Position numbers and translations under genes: made by a program
In this document: piece after piece, positions 53,641 through 64,000 of the stretch
Layout: the number at the start of each line of letters is the position of its first letter
Position numbering within the stretch: position 1 is the first letter of the stretch
From: Haliotis cracherodii
Taxonomy: Eukaryota
Direction of reading: 5' to 3'
Length of the DNA: 64,000 nt
Assembly (NCBI RefSeq): GCF_022045235.1
Contig: NW_027266275.1
Span: 79,608,001 to 79,672,000 of the forward strand
The notes under the pieces: model-generated
Database searches by the model: none
Told to the model about the DNA's origin: nothing
The model's input: only the letters and a program-made list of their open reading frames with translations

Positions 53641-55114
53641 TACATATTGCATAGTATGTTTTAATGTGAATGCATGTATGATCCAAGATGTGACGTGAAA
53701 GGAGAGGGGTAGATGACTCTAAACAAAGATTAACAAGTGATGTCATAATGAGTCCGTATTAACAAGCTCATAGAATACATTCGGCCAATGTTGATTTATC
53801 ATTAGATAAAAAATATACTATACTAAAATATCCTGCCATATCTCATTTATGTTGGGGTATGTTGTTTATTTTACCCTTTTTGCAGCAATTTTTGGGGTAA
53901 ATAAGAAAATTAGCAATCTTGAAAACAAAATGCATTGTTATCTAATGATTAATTTATGCCAGCCCTATTATAATTGTAAATATTCTGAAGATTATTTTCC
54001 TTCTGGTGTAGTCATCTCAGAGATAGTATTTTCTGACTGAAATGAAGTATGCCGTACCGAATGCTTGTCTGTGCCTCCAGATGTATCCAGGACCCTAATC
54101 AGTCTGACATGGGAGGAGTCCACACAGCATGTCCCTATAATTCATCCGCTTCCTTAGGATGGGGAGACCAGGTGCAGACAACATTATCCATACATACCGG
54201 TACCCATTTGTAGCTCACACCAGCTCAAGTGGATGAGATTCAATGCCACTGGTGCAAACACAACATCAGACACAAAGTTGTAACCTACGCCATCAGGAGA
54301 CAGTGTCACAGATGCAAACACAACATGAGACATGTACATCGAGTTGTGACCTACACGATCTTAATTCTCCAAGACATCGGGGACACTACAACAGGTGCAA
54401 ACAACTTGTAACTCGTCCAACACATTTGAAGAAAAGTCCCATTGCAGTGACAACATGACATATATGTATTGTGCCGTATGTATCTATTGAAATTGTGACA
54501 ATTTTCACCCTGTTCACCTCAGCTAGGCAGTCTGCATGCCCCTCTACGTACTTAGCACTGATAAGCCGGGGTTGGGGCGGTGGGGAGGACATGGTATTAA
54601 AATGACATAGGTTCCCTTATTGGATGTAGATGTGGTTGATATTTATGTATTAATATTCTGTCCTAACAGAAATAGGAAACATGGATAAGTATTGTTTACT
54701 GACAAATTATACTACTCAAAAGAAGTTAAAGAACACCTTATTCTTTCATATTATGATAGTTAATCTGTCATGGTGACAAATTAACTATTGTAATATGAAA
54801 GAATCGAGTTTTCTTGAACTTGAACAGTGTATACAGCATGCCTGTTTGTATCCATAAGACTCATATGTAAAATTGACAAATCTTTGACCACTATGCATAA
54901 GTACTTTTTAAGTAATCTAATCCTTATTGTTCTGTTACTAACCATGCAATGATAGTGTCCTGCTATCTGGAGCCAATATTGAGAACCAAAGAATCTACAT
55001 GTTGCTCTGTCTCATTACTTGGCCACATTGTACAGAGAGGTACCAGTCATGTGTTGCTTGTTCATACAGTTTTGCACAGGAGAAAATAATTTTGGATCTT
55101 GATGTAATAAACCA

Positions 55115-57298
55115 TGTAAAGTGAAGTGCTGTTTGTTTCTGTGTAAACCAAAGTGCTGTTTGTTTCTGTGTAAACCAAAGTGCTGTTTGTTTCAATCTCA
55201 TTAAAATCAGATCTTAGTTTTCGCTAACGCTAAACAAAGATTTGAGGACATCCAATTACGGGTCATGTCAGAACGACCTTTCGCGAAATTTGACCGACCA
55301 ATGAAACGACTGACAAGAAATCAACATTGGCCAATCAGAAGGCAGCTTTCTTGAGCTTTACAACACTAGTTTCAAACTGGCGACTACGCTTCGAAACATA
55401 TTTTGACGTATTCTCGATTAAAATTTTTAAAACTGATTAGAAGAACATTCTGGAATGGTTTATAGATGGCACAGATTGTACGGATATAATCATCAAACCT
55501 GTAACTGTCGTTCAGAATACCCCGTGTTAAATATATCGTGGTTGCATGATTAGAAAACACATTCCGACCGTCACTTTCATGATCTGGTAAGCGACGCTCT
55601 GATTGGTTGGATGAAAGGTCGTTCTGATGTGACCCCTGATGGGATGTCCTAAGATCTATGTTTAGCGATAGCAAGAACTAAGATCTGATTTTAATGAGAT
55701 TGTGTTTGTTTCTGTGTAAACCAAAGTGCTGTTTGTTACTGTGTGAAGTGCTGTTTGTTACTCAGTGAAGTGAAGTGCTGTTACTGTGTGAAGTGAAGTG
55801 CTGTTTGTTAGTGTGAAGTGCTGTTTGTTTCTGTGTGAAATGTTGTTTGTTACTGTGTGAAGTGCTGTTTGTTACTGTGTGAAGTGAAATGCTGTTTGTT
55901 ACTGTGTGAAGTGAAGTGCTGTTTGTTACTGTGTGAAGTGCTGTTTGTTACAGTGTGAAGTGAAGTGCTGTTTGTTACTGTGTGAAGTGTTGTTTGTTAC
56001 AGTGTGAAGTGAAGTGCTGTTTGTTACTGTGTGAAGTGCTGTTTGTTACTGTGTAAACCAAAGTGCTGTTTGTTACTGTGTGAAGTGCTGTTTGTTACTG
56101 TGTAAACCAAAGTGCTGTTTGTTACAGTGTGAAGTGAAGTGCTGTTTGTTACTGTGTGAAGTGCTGTTTGTTACTGTATAAACCAAACTGCTGTTTGTTA
56201 CAGTGTGAAGTGAAGTGCTGTTTGTTACTGTGTGAAGTGCTGATTGTTACTGTGTAAACCCAAAGTGCTGTTTGTTACAGTGTGAAGTGCTGTTTGTTAC
56301 TGTGTAAACCAAAGTGCTGTTTGTTACTGTGTACATGATACAGTGGGTTCTGTGAGTGATTCATGGCCATGTCCTGTGGTGATGGTATGAAGTCGGTTGA
56401 TGAAGTGCTCAGCAAATTACTGTGTAAACCAAAGTGCTGTTTGTTACTGTGTGAAGTGCTGTTTGTTACTGTGTAAACCAAAGTGCTGTTTGTTACAGTG
56501 TGAAGTGAAGTGCTGTTTGTTACTGTGTGAAGTGCTGTTTGTTACTGTATAAACCAAACTGCTGTTTGTTACAGTGTGAAGTGAAGTGCTGTTTGTTACT
56601 GTGTACACCAAAGTGCTGTTTGTTACTGTATAAACCAAACTGCTGTTTGTTACAGTGTGAAGTGAAGTGCTGTTTGTTACTGTCTAAACCAAAGTGCTGT
56701 TTGTTACTGTGTACATGATACAGTGGGTTCTGTGAGTGATTCATGGCCATGTCCTGTGGTGATGGTATGAAGTCGGTTGATGAAGTGCTCAGCAAATTAC
56801 TGTGTAAACCAAAGTGCTGTTTGTTACTGTGTAAACCAAAGTGCTGTTTGTTACAGTGTGAAGTGAAGTGCTGTTTGTTACTGTGTGAAGTGCTGTTTGT
56901 TACTGTATAAACCAAACTGCTGTTTGTTACAGTGTGAAGTGAAGTGCTGTTTGTTACTGTGTACACCAAAGTGCTGTTTGTTACTGTGTACACCAAAGTG
57001 CTGTTTGTTACTGTGTGAAGTGCTGTTTGTTACTGTGTACACCAAAGTGCTGTTTGTTACTGTGTGAAGTGCTGTTTGTTACTGTGTACACCAAAGTGCT
57101 GTTTGTTACTGTGTACACCAAAGTGCTGTTTGTTACTGTGTGAAGTGCTGTTTGTTACTGTGTAAACCAAAGTGCTGTTTGTTACAGTGTGAAGTGCTGT
57201 TTGTTACTGTGTACATGATACAGTGGGTTCTGTGAGTGATTCATGGCCATGTCCTGTGGTGATGGTATGAAGTCGGTTGATGAAGTGCTCAGCAAATT
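55115..57298. repeat. Complex 19-24-bp satellite (aagtgctgtttgttactgtgt) with three copies of an ~88-bp unique block
   Basis: Seen directly; interrupted by MITE A. Confidence 0.93.
55193..55702 (+). mobile_element. MULE-type MITE family A, copy 2
   Basis: ~88-bp TIRs; 9-bp TSD tgtttgttt. Confidence 0.9.
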
Positions 57299-57910
57299 CT
57301 GATGTCATTCCACTTTATTTGGGTTTTGTTTCAAATATAGTTTCAGCCCAATTACCATAACTAAACTCTGAAATATGCCATTAGAGAACAGCTAGTTGGA
57401 TGCAGTGTTGCCAAATAAGTACATCTGCACTGGTGAGACTATGACCAGAATTTATGAGCTGCATCCACTGATGCTGGTTAAGGATGTGAATCTCCACTTC
57501 ACCCTGATTATGTTTGTCTAGGTCGTTCTGCACCAAAGCGGTTAGCAGTTAAGACCTGCACCACATCGGGTATTCTCCTGCAGCAAGTGGACATTCAGGG
57601 ATATAACTGGAATACTGCTTCAAACCCAACTCACTCATTCACTGATGAGTGTTAAGTAAAATGATATTTCACCGAACATTTCTCAGGTCATTTACTGTTT
57701 TAGAGCTATCAGAAACAGAAAACAAAGAAAAAATTCAATAAAATTTAATACATGTATAGATTAACAATAAGGTACAGTTGTACATACAACACAAATATTT
57801 CCTTTCAAAATGGCACACCGGTGAAACATTTAAATGCACTGCATCTGGATCTCTCAATGCTGGTATTTGTACAAAATACAGTTCATTGTAAAATTGTCAG
57901 AAATGAGTTC

Positions 57911-58380
57911 CAATCTCATTAAAATCAGACCTTAGTTCTCGCTACTGCTAAACAAAGATCTGAAGACATCACATTAGGGGTCACGTCAGAACGACCTTTC
58001 ATCTGACCAATCAGAGCGTCGCTTACCATATTATGAAAGTGACAATGTGATTTCTAATCATGCAACCTCGAAAACTTCCCGAACGATAGTTACGGGTTTA
58101 ACGACTGTATCCTTACAATCTAGACCATCTATTAGCCATTCCAGAATGTTTTTGTGTTCAGGTTTCAAATTTGTAATTGAGAATTTGTCAAAATATGTTT
58201 CGAAGCGTAGTCGCCAATTTGAAATTAGTGCCATAAAGCACAAGAAAGCTGCCTTCTGATTGGTCATTCCATTGGTCGGTCAAAGTTCGCGCAAGGTCGG
58301 TCTGACGTGACCCGTAATGGGATGTCCTCAGATCTTTGTTTAGCCGTAGCGAGAACTAAGATCTGATTTTAATGAGATTG
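57911..58380 (-). mobile_element. MULE-type MITE family A, copy 3 (inverted)
   Basis: TIRs; perfect 10-bp TSD aaatgagttc. Confidence 0.92.
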
Positions 58381-58700
58381 AAATGAGTTCTTTCATGTCC
58401 CCAGTTCTTGACACATCAGGGTGACTCTGGCAAATGGGGATCAGGATCAGGGGAGAGCAGAATGAAGTTTAATGGTATACCAGGAATGTGTACTTGTACC
58501 CAGATGTATCTTGTATCTTACTGGCTGCTTACTGTCCCATTGACAGTATTGTAGTTTTGACAACTCGAAAGCTGCTTGAACATTTTTATGATCGGTGGAT
58601 GGCATCTTCAAATTCATGGGCAAGCTCCATGTTACTGAACATATTTTATTGTTTTAACAATATCTCTTACTGCAAAAAACAACCAAAGCCTCGCCCCATG

Positions 58701-58935
58701 GTTGGTTGGTTTGTTATTTAATGTTCACTTAGCAATATTGCAGCCATGTGATGGTAATCTGTACATTATGAGTCTGAGAATCCAGTGATTGACATCATGA
58801 GCATCGATCCATACAATTTGGATACAATGACATGCACCGACCTAGTCAGCGAGCCTGACCACCCAGTCTCTTAAGTCGCCTCTTACAACAAGCATGGGTT
58901 GCTGAAGACCAATTCTGACTGGGATTTTCATGGGA
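58701..58935 (-). mobile_element. Repeat family S1 copy
   Basis: Family match. Confidence 0.85.
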
Positions 58936-59057
58936 GCCTCACCCAAAAATGTAATTGTCCCCAAACATGGTAAACCAAGAAGAACTTGAAGCACCTGCCC
59001 GATTCAGCCAATCATGATGGACAGGCTTGCTGCAGCAGATGACTCAACAGCTGGTAA

Positions 59058-59213
59058 GGGGTAGCCTAGTGGTTAAACGTTCACTCGTCATGCCAAAGAC
59101 CCGTGTGCGATTCCCCACATGGGTACAATGTGTGAAGCCCATTTTCCGGTGTCTCCCGCCGTGATATTGATGAAATATTACTAAAAGCAACGTAAAACCT
59201 TACTCACTAACTC
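59058..59213 (+). mobile_element. tRNA-derived SINE S2
   Basis: Family match; TSD actcaa(c/t)agctggtaa. Confidence 0.9.
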
Positions 59214-59824
59214 AATAGCTGGTAATACTTGCCAGGGAAGAAGATGCGGTGTGAGAGGCTAAATGAAGATGAAGTATGAGTTAACAGCTGAATTATGGAA
59301 TGATTGACTTTGACCTGTGATGAGATGGCTTCAGTACAACTACCTAACAGTAAAACACTTCTGATGTCAAGAGGCCTAATCATGATAACGTCAAGCTTTA
59401 TCTTTGGTCTTATGTGGACGTGTTGATAATACACTTACATGGGGCACTAACAACCACAGGTGAACTGGCCAAGGAATCTTGACAGTTAACATCTAACATA
59501 TATATATGTTGCATATCAAGCAGACGTAACATCTTTTGGGAAAAAGTTTTTGACCAGAAAAACATTCTTATCAAGAATAATAATAAGTGATCCATTTCAA
59601 GCAAACAGAGTTAACTCAAAGTCAATCGGGACCTTAAAAAAAGGTTTCAGTACTTTGTTTTCGCCGGGCAGAGATGCAATCTTACTGATGAAGTGTTAAC
59701 AATAATCACTCGTACTCAGTAGTTAGTTTGGAGCAGGGCCCCCTTCCACAAAATGATTGTAATGCCACGACTGTCATAAGTCTATGTTAAAGTATAGGAG
59801 TTTTGATCAGCGGTGCGATGGCTT

Positions 59825-59992
59825 ACAGTAAACTACGTATATACGTAAATAACACGCTTACAATTAACTGACGGACATAACAAACCTGTTTTTTTAGTCC
59901 CGGTCATTTGCTGTATATTTGCTTAAAACACACCACGGCTATAAGGAACTAGAATTAGTGCTCCCTTTGAGTTCTAACCACAGTTTACTGTA
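59825..59992. mobile_element. MITE family E, short complete copy
   Basis: tacagtaaact...agtttactgta, consistent with TA TSDs. Confidence 0.75.
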
Positions 59993-60140
59993 AATGTATT
60001 GGGTAAAAGACGTGTGAGTCTACTTTCATCGTAACACTGCCACCATTTCCTGTACCCTCTTTCACCACTCTCACAAACACTCAAGGACATAAAATGGTTT
60101 CAGAAGATTGACATGCTGCACGATCAGGGGGTGACCAAGG

Positions 60141-63100
60141 TCAAAGTTCGTCGTGGTTGTCGTCATTGACTACAGGAATCTCATTGGACAAGTCATCAGC
60201 CGAACCTGTGTCGCCCTTCAGATCTCCTGAAATTAGAAATTAACATTATTGTTTCTTTGCACACAGAATTTATTTATTGCTGGGTCAAAACAATTCCTTT
60301 CTGAGATGAGAGAAAAGATTTGATTTTAATTTATTCTTGAAGTCAAATGTCATATCAGGAAAAACTCCCATTTAATACTGGTATGAAAATCTCTTAGTTA
60401 ATCTAACATTGACATGACATGATCGACAGATGCTTCTTGATACTTGACATATCACTTGATTGTTGGTAAGGCAGTTGGTACAACCATATAAACAAACATT
60501 TAATCTGGCGGTTATGATTTCACAGATATCAAGCTTTCATTACATCTGCTTCGTGACAAACCCAGCTTGTACTCAAGTTTGCTTTCAAGTTCACATAGAT
60601 TGTACTCAAAAAGATTTGATTTGGAGTTTGTTTCATGTTGATATGATGATATATGTATCATATATTTTTGTGACCCGTGAAGATCCAGGGTAGAAGAGGT
60701 CTTCAGCAACCCATGCTTGCCGTAACAGGCAACTATGCTTGTCGTAAGAGCTGACTAACGCTATCGGATGGTCAGGCTCGCTGACTTGGTTGATACATGT
60801 CATCTTATCTCACTTGGGTGGATCGATGCTTATGATGTCACACCCTGGGTTATTTACAGACCGTATATGGCTGGAATATTGCCGAGTGCGGCGTTAAAAG
60901 AACAACAAACAAACATATATTTATGTCCTTGGAGAAGACAACATTAAGACATCTAAGCATGTCAACAGTTCGATCTGCCAGTAAACATTAACTCCATAAG
61001 TGAGTGAGATACCTGAAGAAATGACAGACGTCTGGGTCAGTAAAACATTTCAGGTAACTGGAATCATCACACCACCTACCTTTACTGGCCTTCGATCCAC
61101 TCCTGGCTTCTACTGCTTCATTCAGACAACCTGTAGAATACATATGAACACTGGTAGATTAAACCCACACAAAGTACTGTAAGGTAAAGTGGGTATATGT
61201 CTCACGTCTAGTTCATGCTGCATTATTGTTTGTTTGTTGTTTAACACCGCACTCAGCAATATTCCAGCTACATGACGGCAGTCTGAAATAATCGAGTCTG
61301 GACCAGACAATCCAGTGTGTGACATCATAAGCATTGATCCACACAATTGGGATACGTTGACATGCATCAACCAGGTCAGCAAGCCTGACCACCAGATCCT
61401 GTTAGTCGCCTCTTACGACAAGCATGGGTTGCAGAAGACCTATTCTAACTCGGGTGTTATACCCAAGATGAAAGGTGGTAGGACAGGTTGGTGTTTGAAG
61501 AAAGGAGGTGGGTGGTGAGTGCAGCCCTTCTCTGGATCCCCAGCATCCAACACCAGGGACTATTGATAGAGTGGTTACAATGCGTAACCTGTATGATTAC
61601 GTGGATTCCTACCCAATAGAATACACTGTTGCCCTTAGACTTGACTATACAGTAAACTACATTCATAAAGAACATGCTTATAACGAACTGATGGATGTAT
61701 CACATTGGTTTTTTTATGTCCCGGCCATTTGATGTATATAGTGAGTGAGTGAGTTGGGTTTTAATGCCGCTTTTAACAGTATTCCAGTTATATCACGGCG
61801 TGTCAGCTTAATGTGGGAGGAAAGCACGAAGTGATGCAGATCTCAGACGTTTACCACTTCGGTGAAACCCACGAGCACGGGTATGGTGCTGACAAACCTG
61901 GAAACATAATCGGGGTGAACCGGGATTTGAACCCACAATCATAGGTTTCTGGCGTGTCCAGGGGACGCAACTCTGCACAGCGAATCGCGGCGCCTTAGAC
62001 GACTGGGCCATTTGATGTATATAAGCTGTATATGCTCATAACAAACTTTGGTTATAACGGACTAAAATTAGCAGTCCCTTTGAGTTTGTTATAACCGTAG
62101 TATACTGTACACAGGTTACCATAGACTCACAACAAGCCCCGGACTCGATTATTTACAGACTGCCGTCATATAGCTGGAATACTTCTGAGTGCCATGTAAA
62201 AAAACCACAAAAAACAACAACACAACACAACAACCCCATTAGGCATGGACTCATTGTGTCATACAACATGGAGAAAGGTATGGTGCATCACTATAGATGT
62301 ATTTGGGAATACACCTGTATGGGAGTGTTGTACCTGCATCAGCTTTCTGCAGCACCCTCTCCTCGCACAGGTACTGGGTCAAGTCGTGGTCCTGGTGATG
62401 GTAGTACCAGGCCTCAATGTCATCCTCATAATCCTCGACGATGGAGAAACACTGAAACATACAACTCTGTACCTAGAAGTCAGCTCAAGACCATTTGATG
62501 CCGAACCCACGCATCAGATGATTGTGTAACAGCTCTTGCTGTAAAGATTAACTGAAGACTTGGTGCATTAAATGTTCCACAGTGCGACATGATGTATTAC
62601 AATGCTGCGTAACAGGACACGTGATTTGGAATGAAAATGAATAGAAAAATATTATAATCTGAAGGGATGAAAGGAAGAGCCTGATGGTACAAGGATTTTA
62701 TGGAGCAAGGGTCAGTATGACTTTCACCTACTGTCCTCTGCATGTGTGTGGGGCAGTGGGGTAGCCTAGTGGTTAAAGCATTTGCTCATCACACTGAAGG
62801 CCCGGGTTTAATTCCCCACATGGGAACAATGTTTAAAGCCCATTTATGGTGTCCCCGATGTAGCTGGAATATTGCTAAAAGCGGCATAAAACCACTCTGC
62901 ATGTGTGTGACCTTTGCCTACCTTTTTCTGTATGCAAGTACTTTTGGTTGGTTGTTTCTTGATGATGCACACTGCAATATTCCAGCTATATGGCTACCGG
63001 TATATGATAGTGGACCAGACAAACCAATGATTCAGATTACAACCAACGATCCACGCCATCAGGGTATCATGACACGCAATCAAACTAATTCTGACCATGC

Positions 63101-63460
63101 TATCTGTCAATGCCGAACCACTAAATCGCCTCACAAGCAATGTTTCCTGGGGACTAATACTAAACTGGAATCCTCATCTGTGCTGCCTTGCATGTAAGTG
63201 ACTTTCAATTATACCTTTCTATGAATATCAGTGACCTTCACCTTCCTTTCTAAGAATGACAGTGACCTTCCCCCATACCCTTCTTATGTATGGCAGTGAC
63301 CTTCACCTACCTTTCTATGAATGTCAGTGACCTTCCCCCATACCCTTCTTATGTATGGCAGTGACCTTCACCTACCTTTCTCTGCATGTGTGTGACCTCG
63401 GCAGATGGTTTGTCCCACATCTCATAGGGCATCCCCAGTTCCACCTTCACACCCTTGGCA
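60141..63460 (-). CDS. CNPY4: Canopy-family ER protein (CNPY3/4-like), last four coding exons; 5' part lies outside the window
   Basis: join(63376-63460,62334-62451,61080-61130,60141-60226); phases consistent. KGVKVELGMPYEMWDKPSAEV...CFSIVEDYEDDIEAWYYHHQ...YLCEERVL...CLNE...HDEL*. CNPY3 versus CNPY4 is not resolved. Confidence 0.9.
60672..60914 (+). mobile_element. Repeat family S1 copy
   Basis: Family match. Confidence 0.88.
61226..61453 (-). mobile_element. Repeat family S1 copy
   Basis: Family match. Confidence 0.88.
61648..62109. mobile_element. MITE family E with nested SINE S3 (61741-62010, minus strand)
   Basis: tacagtaaactac...gtagtatactgta; the SINE is flanked by the direct repeat ggccatttgatgtatata. 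Confidence 0.85.
62751..62894 (+). mobile_element. tRNA-derived SINE S2
   Basis: 15-bp TSD ctctgcatgtgtgtg at 62736-62750 and 62895-62909. Confidence 0.9.
63198..63398. repeat. ~31-33-bp tandem repeat spanning the CNPY exon/donor junction
   Basis: gtgaccttc(a/c)cc...acc(t/c)ttct recurs about 6 times. Confidence 0.85.
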
Positions 63461-64000
63461 CTGCAAGAACGAAAAAGGAACAATAATTGATGCTTGATCT
63501 CAAACCTGGAATTTCCTACACCTGGTGACATGTGGTCCACGATTACAGAGTCTACTGTAGGACTATTCTCTCACTGACCTGGGACCCCATAGATCTCCTG
63601 AATACTTCTGGAATATTTGCAACACAATGGTAAACAAGAAAGTAGAAGAGTAGATCAGATGTTTCTACACCGCAGACTTTGTAATCAACTTAATTGCATG
63701 TACATTTGAATTACACATTTATTCATCACTAATTGTGTAAGGGCCAAAGTTGAATTTTCAATATGGCAGTCATGTTACAATGGGCATACCACATTCTTAC
63801 TGCATATCAAATTTCAAATGGTCATGTTTAGAAAGAGACTGATATTTAAGAAATTGGGATATTTATTACAAAGTTTCAGCATAGCCTGTGTTGGTTGAGA
63901 GGAGACTAAGAAATTGTGCAGAGAAGTTGAACTTCAAGTTTAACCAAGATAGAAATTCACTATTCTTAATCACAAATAAGTTTAGTCCTACTTTTGGTTT

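Noticed and set aside
55703-57298. Repeat/unique alternation resembling a CRISPR array
   Set aside because: The 'spacers' are identical to each other, the repeats are tandem and variable in length, the context is eukaryotic and no cas genes are present.

Overview
Eukaryotic, AT-rich, intron- and repeat-rich animal DNA. It is probably a gastropod mollusc such as abalone, inferred from the SINE families and not verified. Three spliced genes were reconstructed by hand with consistent splice phases: (1) a complete 11-exon class III alcohol dehydrogenase/GSNO reductase (ADH5), minus strand 11034-27975, 378 aa; (2) an hnRNP U/UL1-family gene, plus strand 39644-51926, about 1214 aa, with SPRY and P-loop domains, no visible SAP domain, a GC-AG intron and a 687-aa low-complexity tail carrying a ULM-like [10 protein letters not shown] motif; (3) the last four coding exons of a canopy (CNPY3/4-like) gene ending in HDEL, minus strand. 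Between ADH5 and the hnRNP U-like gene lies a decayed Polinton/Maverick (adintovirus-type) virion module and a MULE transposase relic. The rest is satellites, four short interspersed repeat families, several MITE families and fragments of Penelope-like, R4/Dong-like and RTE-X-like retroelements. The most unusual signal is two sequence-divergent small elements in ADH5 intron 4 (plus a third copy in the hnRNP U-like gene). They share a ~150-nt terminal hairpin with tandem G.A mismatches at near-identical offsets, a stable tetraloop, and an internal segment complementary to both element ends. The second is a ~2.9-kb minisatellite that forms an AG-free zone directly upstream of an ADH5 splice acceptor. 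Most long ORFs in the supplied track are tandem-repeat artefacts.
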